Shown: in pieces, positions 11,734 to 20,355 of the stretch | How positions within the stretch are numbered: position 1 is the stretch's first letter | Layout: the number at the start of each line of letters is the position of its first letter | NCBI GenBank assembly: GCA_013115125.1 | Contig: JABANN010000313.1 | Location: 1 to 40,330 of the forward strand | Source: Perkinsus olseni | Taxonomy: Eukaryota | Length of the DNA stretch: 40,330 nt | Direction: 5' to 3' | Made by a program: the position numbers and the translations under genes | The notes under the pieces: generated by a model | Told to the model about the DNA's origin: nothing | The model's database searches: none | Seen by the model: only the letters and a program-made list of their open reading frames with translations

Positions 11734-13373
11734 ATGTCGGAGGAAGATAGCAAAAGGACAGAGCTGTTCGGTGAAAAACAACGGCAGGAGGAGGATGAGG
11801 GCGATGATAAGGTTGACAGCGACGATGAGTTTGAGGCATCTAAAGTCGAAGCGTACTAATGACGGTTTGAAGGGGAGTGTGGGAGGCCGTTTGTGGCTGG
11901 TCAGGGATATTCGGAAGACGAGAAACCAAACAAAGGCTTCATTGCAGCGTACGAAGCGCATGCTGGAGGAGACCAAGGAGATTGGCTCCAAGACTGTAGG
12001 TTAAGCATGGTGTGGTAGCACAAATTGAAGAGGTGATGGGCTCAGGCAACGACGATGGAAAATCAGACTAAACAGATGCAGCGTATCAGAGGGGACGCAG
12101 CCGACGTTGAAGACTACCTCCAGTAAGCTATCGACGGCGTCATGGTCTTTGTCAATCTACAACAGGCGAATGGTGAACGCTGTGTTGCCTCAGGAAAAGC
12201 CGAGGGGTTGTTGATGATATGAACCGGAACTGGATTACTCGTCTCCTCTTCTACAACCGAAAGGACACTAAGCCACCGCCGGTAGAATGGAACAACAGGA
12301 ATGAAGAGCAGCTAGGTACTCTCAACGGGGGAGTCAAATAGAATCGGTTATTAGCCTATCATCATCAGGGGCCGCGAAGGCGATGATTGACAAACAGAAG
12401 AAGATGAACAGAAAGAAGAAGGCGTTGGCCTCGAAGCGCCGGGCAGAGGAGAAAGCTAAGAAGCGACCGTGGTGGTAATGATACGGGTGGGGGTGTCTGC
12501 TCGCCTTTTCAATAAGGGTGACAGGTTGGGCGGCAAGAAGGGGAAGAAACCGAAGCAGCCTAAGGATTCTGATGATGATTCGTCTTTGGCTGATGATCTT
12601 GACGACTTGTCTCTGGAAGATGGTAGTACCAGTAGCGGAGGGTATCACTAATCAGGCTGCAGTAATGGCGATACTTCGCATTAGACTCTTCAGAGGACGA
12701 CGCTGATGTGATGCCCGGTGGCCGGGAAGGGACCGTCGGCGTCGAGCCTGTTAAGAAGGCGCTTTCTGAAAAGCCCGATGCTACTAACTACAGGGAGAAA
12801 CTAGGACTCAAGACTCGACCGTTGGACGATGATGAGGTAACTGGTGTGGGGGACGGCGGTTGCGAGTTTGGGAATTTTTTTCCTTCCGTTCAGTTGTCAT
12901 CTGCCAACAGCTCGACGTTTTCCGACGATGTTGACAAGGACCTGGACCAGATACGCAGCTCGATTGGTGATGTCAGGGTGAGTGAGGGCTGCTGCTAGTG
13001 GTGAGGTGGCAGCTGGATTTGCCTTCTACTCAGAACTTCGCGGAGAGGATCCAGGCTCAGTCACAAAGGCAGGATGAGCTCGCCACTGATCTCCAAGGAC
13101 AGGTGAGCACCTTACCCGCTCGGACAGGGGACGTACGGTAGCGTTCAGATTGAGCGAAACAACCAGATGGTTGGGGATAACAAGGACCAGCTCCGGCGGG
13201 TAAACCGTCGTGTGAAGAAGCTGCAGCAAGAGCAGGAGAAGGTGAGTCGTCCGCTCACCGCCCCGGACTGACTGATGGTTTCTCTGCTGCAGGACGAAGG
13301 CTTCCTCAACGCAAACGATAAACTGGCAATCCAGGGATTGACGCAGTCGTTCAAGAGCAAAGTGAATGGCTGA
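11734..13373 (+). CDS. SNAP-25/Sec9-family Qbc SNARE (two SNARE motifs, no TM), multi-exon
   Basis: SNARE 1 is TKASLQRTKRMLEETKEIGSKT-ATTMENQTKQMQRIRGDAADVEDYLQKSRGVVDDM. A charged linker follows. SNARE 2 is DDVDKDLDQIRSSIGDVR-NFAERIQAQSQRQDELATDL...NKDQLRRVNRRVKKL. TGA at 13371-13373. Confidence 0.8.
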
Positions 13374-13876
13374 GTGTGGGAGACACTACGGTCAGCTACA
13401 GCGTCTCTGCTGCTGTTGGGAACTGCGGTTTCCTCTGTCGAATACATTTTCTCCCCCTTTCGTGCTGTTGTCTTTTATTATTACTGTAAGCCTTCTGTTT
13501 CAACAAGCAACTATCTCTGTAACAATTCTATACAGACAACAACAAGTACTCATTTATCATCATATCCGTATTTTGGGTTGGACTTGGGAGCACCAGGGTT
13601 CCTCGCCTCATGTCCCAGCGGAAACAGTGTCGTCCCTTAGTCAGCACAATGAGCTCGTCAATGGCGTCCAGCCGGTGGTTTCGAGCTCAGTAGCATCCGA
13701 CAAAATCTGGTGGGCTGTTAGCGCTCGCCCAGCGCACATTCCTTTCCTGCATCTCCTCGAAAGTGGTTCATGTCTCGGAATTCCTGACAACCTCTCGCAT
13801 CATCATGCTCGTCGTAATGAGTAGAGGGTTGAGTCGCTGAGGAGTATCTTATTAAGATTTGAGTTTTTCCTTTGTA

Positions 13877-16084
13877 ATGCAGTCCTACACCATACGACAG
13901 GTGGCCCAGCACAGCCGTCCTGACGATTGCTGGATCGTGATCGACGGTGCCGTCATTGATTGCAGCAAGTACCTCCAAGAGCATCCGGGCGGTCCCCTGT
14001 CTATCACCGCGTTCGCAGGGAAAGATTGTTCTCTGGAGTTTAACACGGTCCATAAGAAGGACCTCATGGAGAAGTTCCAGGACCTTGTCATTGGCACGCT
14101 GGTTGAGGGTATCCCGATGTCGGAGGTCGAGAAGCACCGCGAGCCGGACGACTGTTGGGTGGTGATCAATGGCATGGTAGTCGATGTTACGAAGTATCAG
14201 CACGATCATCCTGGCGGTGTTATCGCCCTCACTGCGTTTGGTGGCACTGACTGCTCTCTGGAGTTCAACACTTGCCACGCCAAGTCCCTATTGGAGGAGG
14301 AAGCTGGTCAGTATGTACTAGGCCCGGTTTTGGTCCAGAAGAAGAGGAGGAAGAGCAGAAGGCCGACCGGGGCGGGGGCTGGCGGTGGTGGTCTGTCGAT
14401 GAGCGAGGTAGCCAAGCACACGAGCAGGACTGACTGTTGGGTGGTGGTCAACGGTTTCGTTCTCAACGTTACCGAGTTCCTCCCGCAGCATCCGGGCGGT
14501 GAGGCTGCTATTATGCAGTACGCCGGTAAGGATGCCTCGGAGGAGTGGAACATGATCCATCAGCCTGAGGTGTTGGAGAAGTATGGTGGCAAGTACATCG
14601 TTGGCAAGCTGGGAGCAGGTGTGGCCACCAGTGAGGGCGCTACTACTCTGACGTTGGACGAAGTGGCCAAGCATAACGCGAAGGATGACTGTTGGATTGT
14701 TGTGAATAAGATGGTTTACAATGTGACGGAGTTCTTGGCCGTTCATCCTGGTGGTGAGGCTGCTATTATGGCCCATGCTGGTCGTGATGCTAGCGAGCAG
14801 TGGAATATGATCCATCCAGCGGATACTATGGAGAAGTACGGTAAGAAGTATGAGGTCGGGGAGCTCGGATCGTCAATGGGAGGCGGCAGTGGTGGTGGTA
14901 GTGGTGTACTGGACGAGGACGAAGTGGCCAAGCATACCGGAGAAGACGACTGTTGGGTTATCATCAACGGCAAGGTTTATGACGTTACCAAGTGGTTGCC
15001 TCTGCATCCTGGGGGTGTAGCAGCTATCATGGCTTATGCTGGTAAGGATGCATCAGAGCAGTTCAATATGATCCACCCCGAGGGCACACTCGAGAAGCAC
15101 GGCAAGAAGTATCTTGTTGGGGACCTTGGTTCAGTCCCTGCAGGGGCAAGCGTCGCCAACAATCTGGCCGAGCCATTACTCCAGAAGGCCATTCCAAACG
15201 AGCACTGGTGGGGAGAGGCTCGGAACACCCATAAGATGTACGGTCCTCTAGGTCCTTCCGTTACCAACTTCCTCATCGAGTATTCCTATGCTCTCGTCTT
15301 CTTCGTCGTCATGCTCGCCTACGAGGTTGGTGCCACTGTTTTCACGGTTAAGAATTTCAAAGTCGTCCACGACAAGTCGGGCTTGACCAGGGCAGCCCTC
15401 TTTATGATTTTCTTCGTGACCATCCACGGTTTGGGTAACCTCCACGTCCTCGCTGGTGCTGACCACTTCAACTCCTATGGTTACTTTTTGAACCACCCCG
15501 TTCCTTGGGGCAAGCTCATGTTGCCGGTAGAGCTCTACTTGCTGTTCGCAGGCCTGATGCACGTTTTTGTAGCCGGCGTGAGAACTTACAAGTTCAAGAA
15601 GGTGTCCATGGGCTTGGATCAGCTCTGGATGGCTATATCCGGCCTATTCATCTTGGCATTCATCGCCATCCATTTGAGCCAGTTCAGGCTGGTGAGTGAG
15701 GACGTGGCCCCCAAGTACTACTTCAGGAGCAAATGGATGTACCCGTTCTTCTGTGAGAAAGACGACACATCGTGTGAGATCGTTCACTTCAAAGACCTCT
15801 ACAGGATGGAAATGGAGCTATTCTCGAGCCTCGGCTGGTGTGCCTTCTATTTGGTAGGGGTGCTCTTCTTTATCTCTCATGCGAGGGAAGGTCTTCGAAA
15901 GATCATCACCATGCATGCTCTCATTCCGCGAAGTCGCAAAGCCACCGTCAGTGCCCTGGCGGAGGCCATCATAATATTTATCGGACTATGCTACTTATCA
16001 TTCCCTATCTACTGCTATCTCTGTCCGATACGGGACTGGGACGCTTACATGGCCCAGCAGCCCATCCCGAAAGGGGAGCTCTAG
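13877..16084 (+). CDS. Intronless 735-aa protein: 5 tandem cytochrome b5 domains + SdhC/FrdC(b558)-like di-heme membrane domain (paralogue 1)
   Basis: Five VxxH...DCWxxxxx...HPGG...D(C/A)SxxF/WNxxH units (HPGG His codons at 13982, 14207, 14489, 14744, 15005). C-terminal hydrophobic helices carry His in IHGLGN, LMHV, AIHLSQF and ISHAREG. The first ATG is at 13877. Confidence 0.9.
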   Translation: MQSYTIRQVAQHSRPDDCWIVIDGAVIDCSKYLQEHPGGPLSITAFAGKDCSLEFNTVHKKDLMEKFQDLVIGTLVEGIPMSEVEKHREPDDCWVVINGMVVDVTKYQHDHPGGVIALTAFGGTDCSLEFNTCHAKSLLEEEAGQYVLGPVLVQKKRRKSRRPTGAGAGGGGLSMSEVAKHTSRTDCWVVVNGFVLNVTEFLPQHPGGEAAIMQYAGKDASEEWNMIHQPEVLEKYGGKYIVGKLGAGVATSEGATTLTLDEVAKHNAKDDCWIVVNKMVYNVTEFLAVHPGGEAAIMAHAGRDASEQWNMIHPADTMEKYGKKYEVGELGSSMGGGSGGGSGVLDEDEVAKHTGEDDCWVIINGKVYDVTKWLPLHPGGVAAIMAYAGKDASEQFNMIHPEGTLEKHGKKYLVGDLGSVPAGASVANNLAEPLLQKAIPNEHWWGEARNTHKMYGPLGPSVTNFLIEYSYALVFFVVMLAYEVGATVFTVKNFKVVHDKSGLTRAALFMIFFVTIHGLGNLHVLAGADHFNSYGYFLNHPVPWGKLMLPVELYLLFAGLMHVFVAGVRTYKFKKVSMGLDQLWMAISGLFILAFIAIHLSQFRLVSEDVAPKYYFRSKWMYPFFCEKDDTSCEIVHFKDLYRMEMELFSSLGWCAFYLVGVLFFISHAREGLRKIITMHALIPRSRKATVSALAEAIIIFIGLCYLSFPIYCYLCPIRDWDAYMAQQPIPKGEL

Positions 16085-16808
16085 GGAAGAAGCCGACCGT
16101 ACCTGTTGTTTTGTTGCATTTGCAGTGCTGTGTGCCTGGTTCGTCTCGTGGCGCATTGCCTCGGTATCACCACACTCTTCGCTGATCAATTCGCGACCAT
16201 TGTAATTTTGGGCGAGGCTTGTCATCACTGCTGAATAGGGAAACGTATTTTTTTGATTTGTTAGTGAGTATTCCAAAAAGTATTGAGTTCAAGTTCAGAG
16301 AGTTTTGGGTCTTGGAGAAAGACAACTTTCTCGAAGCAAGGGTGAGATACCCCATTCGGTTGTGTTGGCTGTCCCTTGTGCACGCATGCACATCATTAGA
16401 TATCGAGCTACGCGCTGATTTTGGTAGGACCTGCCGTATTTGGACTTGCATGTAGGGAACTTCATATCGCAGCAGAGCGTACACAGCATGTAGAGAGCAC
16501 TCCAAGCAGCATGCCGCACTTGAGCGTTCCGAGGGTGTTTTGCTGTTCCCACATCGTTGAGTATTGGCAAATACGCTATTTGCGACTTTTACTCGTTGGT
16601 AGCAGTCAGTGGGCCATGAAAAGGGGCTCTCACTTGCTGATATGCGAAGTCTATGCATCGTATCATCACATCTTTAGATTTATAGGAGAGACAGGTCCCC
16701 TTCGGATACGCTTGTGAATCTGAAAGCTAAGCTAGTTTTTGTGTAGAGTTCTGTCTCCTGCTCGCGTCAATCGCTTCTATAGGTTGCTTTCGGTCCTCCA
16801 TTTTAAGA

Positions 16809-19766
16809 ATGGGTTCCTATACTAAGGAGCAAGTTGCGAAACACAACACTGACGAGGACTGTTGGGTCATCATCAATGGTGACGTTCTCGATGTTACCAA
16901 GTACCAGAATGAGCATCCGGGCGGCGCTTTGGCCCTCAACGCCTTCGCTGGTACCGATTGTTCGCTAGAATTCAACACGGTTCACGACAAGGAGCTTATT
17001 CAGCAGCACAAGGATCTCATTATCGGCAAGCTTTGTGAGGGCTTCACTAAGGAGCAGGTGGCCAAACACGACAAGGACGATGACTGCTGGGTTATCATCA
17101 ATGGTCAAGTCTTCGACGTCAGCGAGTACCAGCATGAACATCCTGGCGGAGCTCTCGCCCTTACCGCCTTTGCTGGTAAGGACTGCTCGCTTGAGTTCAA
17201 CACATGTCACGAGAAGGACTTGCTCAAGGATTATCAGCAATATGTCGTTGGAAGCCTGGTCGACTCGATCCCCATGGCCCAAGTGGCACAGCACAACACG
17301 GATGATGACTGCTGGCTCGTCATCGATGGCAAGGTCTATGATGTTACTAGCTTCGAAGAGGAGCATCCCGGTGGAGTCATGGCCCTTACTGCATTCGCGG
17401 GAACCGATTGCTCCCTGGAGTTCAACACATGTCACGAGAAGTCTGTTCTCGAGAAGGAGGGCTCGAAGTATCTCGTTGGTGACTTGAAGACGAAGGCTAA
17501 GAAGACTGCTGCTCCTTCTGGCGGCGTCAAGCGACTCACAATGGACGAGGTGGCCAAGCATGACACTAAGAAGGATTGCTGGGTCGTTGTTAACGGTTAT
17601 GTTATGAATGTCACCAAGTTCTTGCCTGAGCATCCCGGCGGAGAAGCGGCTATCGTCAAGTATGCAGGGAAGGATGCCTCTAATACATTCAACTCGATCC
17701 ATGCCCCCGAGGTCCTTCAGCGTTACGGTGGCAAGTACATCGTCGGTAAGCTGGGTGACGCCATGGGAAGCGGCGCTAGCACACCGGCCCTGACTATGGA
17801 GGAGGTCGCTAAGCATACTACTGAGGATGACTGTTGGATCGTCGTCAACGGCATGGTCTACAATGTTACTAAGTGGTTGCCGAAGCATCCCGGTGGAAAG
17901 GACATCATCTTGCAACACGCGGGCCAGGACGCCTCTGATGAGTGGAACTCTATTCATCCCAAGGGCACCATGGAGAAGTACGGCAAGCCCTACGAGCTCG
18001 GCGCTCTCGGCTCTGGCGGTGCAGCAGCACCCTCCGGTACTCCCGCTCTCACCATGGATGAGGTCGCTAAGCACACTACCAAGGACGATTGCTGGATCGT
18101 TGTCAACGGCAAGGTTTACAATGTTACTGACTGGTTACCCAAGCATCCTGGTGGACCCGATATCATCTTGCAGCATGCTGGCCAAGACGCCTCTGATGAG
18201 TGGAACTCTATTCACCCAGCTGGCACAATGGAGAAGTTTGGCAAGCCTTATGAACTTGGTCCTCTCGGCTCTGGCGGAGTCTCCGCTCCCGAACCTGCTG
18301 GTTACACTGAGGAGGAGGTTGCAAAGCACAACACCAAGGACGACTGCTGGATCATAGTCAATGACATGGTCTACAACGTTACCGACTGGCTTCCTCAGCA
18401 TCCTGGTGGAGAGGCTGTCATCATGCAGTACGCTGGTAAGGATGCCTCAGATGAGTGGAACATGATTCACCCGGCTGGTACTATGGAAAAGTACGGAAAG
18501 CCGTTTGAGCTCGGGCCCCTCGGATCTGGAGCTGCTCCAGCGGCCGCTGCCAGTGCTCCCGCAGGTGGTAAGGTGTTGAGCGCAGAGGAGGTCGCCAAGC
18601 ACAACACGGAGAAGGATTGCTGGATGATCATCAACGATGGCGTCTATGATCTTACCGACTGGCTTCCGATCCATCCCGGTGGAGCTGCTGCCATTATGGG
18701 TAAGGCTGGCCAGGACGGCTCAACTCAGTACAACATGATCCATGATGCGAAGACTTTGAGCACCATTGGTAAAAAATACTATCTCGGTGCTCTTGGATCC
18801 GTCATGGGTGGTGCGTCTACTGCCACTGCAACAACTGCCACAGTGTCCAATGATTTGAGTGCTCCTCTCCTTGTGAACGAGCAATGGTGGGGTCCTGACA
18901 GGAACACAGCTAACAAGTACGGTCCTCTTGGTCCCGCTATGGGCTATACAGTTTATGAGTGGTGCGCTGCTATCTGCTATATCGCCTGGCTCTTCATCTA
19001 TGAGATATGCGCTACCATTTTCTCCGTGAAGAACTTCAAGCGACCCTATGATAAGTCTGGTGTCACTCGCCCCGCTATGTTCATGTGCTTGTTTGTCCTC
19101 ATTCATGCTCTTGGCAATATCCATCTCTTCTTCGGTGCCATCCACTTCAACGCTTATGCGTATTTCCTCAATCACCCTTGTGTGTGGAGTACGTTGATGC
19201 TTCCTGTTGAGATCTATCTCTTGCTCTGTGGTCTGATGCACGTTGTCGTTGCATTGATGCGAACCTTCAAGTTCAAGAACATTCACATGCCTCTTGATCA
19301 ACTGTGGATGCCAATCACTGGTATTTTCCTTCTCGTCTTCCTCATTGTGCATCTCACTCAGTTGAGGTTCGTCCGCGAGTCTCACGCTCCGATCTACAGA
19401 TTCCGCGCGAAATGGATGTACCCGTTCTATTGCGCGGAGGACGATACCTCTTGCCGGGTTGTCGAGTTCAAGGATCTTTATCTCATGACCAAGGAGATGT
19501 TCTCCAACTTCGGTTGGGTTATCTTCTATCTCTTGGGTGTATGCTTCTTCATCGCACATCTTGGACAAGGTCTGCAGAAGGTCATCATGATGCATCATGT
19601 GATCCCTCGCTCTCAGAAACACCGTGTGACTGTGTTGGGCTTGTTGTTGACCTATATCATCGGTCTATTGTATCTATCTTATCCCATTTTCTGTTACTTC
19701 ACCCCAGTCAGGGATTTGTCGGCATATGAAGCCGCTCAGCCTGGCGCTCTTACTGTTTCGGAATAG
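16809..19766 (+). CDS. Intronless 985-aa protein: 8 tandem cytochrome b5 domains + SdhC/FrdC(b558)-like di-heme membrane domain (paralogue 2)
   Basis: Eight b5 units (HPGG His codons at 16914, 17139, 17364, 17631, 17886, 18144, 18399, 18672), each with a second axial His. The membrane domain has IHALGN...FNAYAYFL...LMHV...ITGIFLLVFLIVHLTQL...DLY...FSN...FY...AHLGQG. Confidence 0.92.
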   Translation: MGSYTKEQVAKHNTDEDCWVIINGDVLDVTKYQNEHPGGALALNAFAGTDCSLEFNTVHDKELIQQHKDLIIGKLCEGFTKEQVAKHDKDDDCWVIINGQVFDVSEYQHEHPGGALALTAFAGKDCSLEFNTCHEKDLLKDYQQYVVGSLVDSIPMAQVAQHNTDDDCWLVIDGKVYDVTSFEEEHPGGVMALTAFAGTDCSLEFNTCHEKSVLEKEGSKYLVGDLKTKAKKTAAPSGGVKRLTMDEVAKHDTKKDCWVVVNGYVMNVTKFLPEHPGGEAAIVKYAGKDASNTFNSIHAPEVLQRYGGKYIVGKLGDAMGSGASTPALTMEEVAKHTTEDDCWIVVNGMVYNVTKWLPKHPGGKDIILQHAGQDASDEWNSIHPKGTMEKYGKPYELGALGSGGAAAPSGTPALTMDEVAKHTTKDDCWIVVNGKVYNVTDWLPKHPGGPDIILQHAGQDASDEWNSIHPAGTMEKFGKPYELGPLGSGGVSAPEPAGYTEEEVAKHNTKDDCWIIVNDMVYNVTDWLPQHPGGEAVIMQYAGKDASDEWNMIHPAGTMEKYGKPFELGPLGSGAAPAAAASAPAGGKVLSAEEVAKHNTEKDCWMIINDGVYDLTDWLPIHPGGAAAIMGKAGQDGSTQYNMIHDAKTLSTIGKKYYLGALGSVMGGASTATATTATVSNDLSAPLLVNEQWWGPDRNTANKYGPLGPAMGYTVYEWCAAICYIAWLFIYEICATIFSVKNFKRPYDKSGVTRPAMFMCLFVLIHALGNIHLFFGAIHFNAYAYFLNHPCVWSTLMLPVEIYLLLCGLMHVVVALMRTFKFKNIHMPLDQLWMPITGIFLLVFLIVHLTQLRFVRESHAPIYRFRAKWMYPFYCAEDDTSCRVVEFKDLYLMTKEMFSNFGWVIFYLLGVCFFIAHLGQGLQKVIMMHHVIPRSQKHRVTVLGLLLTYIIGLLYLSYPIFCYFTPVRDLSAYEAAQPGALTVSE

Positions 19767-20355
19767 ATAAGAATTGTTAATGATACTTTTCCCTACTCAA
19801 CTGGATAATTACTTGCCGGCTCGCTGCTCTTTAACAAAGTTGTTAATGTTTCCTGCAGCATATACAGCGCCTCGACATGCGCATTTATCATCGGCATTCT
19901 TCTGAGTAGTTTCCTGATGTCCAATCAGGGGATTATTTCATTCATACTTCACGCGAATCATCGCATACTAATAAATCATTGGTTAAAATTATACAATCTA
20001 GTGAGATGTTGTGTTGTCAAAGTGGAAGCTTCTTGTCGGGGGCTGTACTCCCTCACACTAACTACAGTAGCTCAGGATGTGAATTGTTTGGCCAAGTCAG
20101 ACGGAGTGTTTGATGGCGAACAAGAGTCAGGTCTTGAATCGTCACCAGGTGGTTCTGCGTAGATGAGACGGGGACGATTAGCGCGGACGAATTGCTTTGC
20201 ATTAGCACAATCGCATCTCGCCCGAGCAGCACGCGATTCGGCCTGGCTATGCGTCTTCCCCTAAACCGCAGAGTTTCATACGAATTCATTGACCTGGATA
20301 ACAAAACCACCATTCAGTTCTACACGAGGCTAATGGATCATGTCGACAGAGCATA

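Noticed and set aside
13859-13876. TTG start given by the ORF track for paralogue 1
   Set aside because: This is a eukaryotic gene, and the ATG at 13877 aligns exactly with the ATG of paralogue 2 (HPGG His is residue 36 in both).
15370-16084. Interpreting the b5 + membrane fusion as a fatty-acid desaturase/hydroxylase or flavocytochrome b2
   Set aside because: There are no HxxxH/HxxHH/QxxHH boxes and no FMN-binding barrel. The His residues are single and lie within helices, as in di-heme cytochrome b anchors.
16798-16807. ccattttaag just before the ATG of paralogue 2 as a relict spliced-leader (CCATTTTGGCTCAAG-like) sequence
   Set aside because: The match is too short and gapped to distinguish from chance.
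16965-19622. Long antisense ORFs (369 aa at 16965-18074, 300 aa at 18720-19622, and others opposite 13877-16084)
   Set aside because: They are shadows of the biased codon usage and repeats of the sense b5 genes, with no independent protein features.
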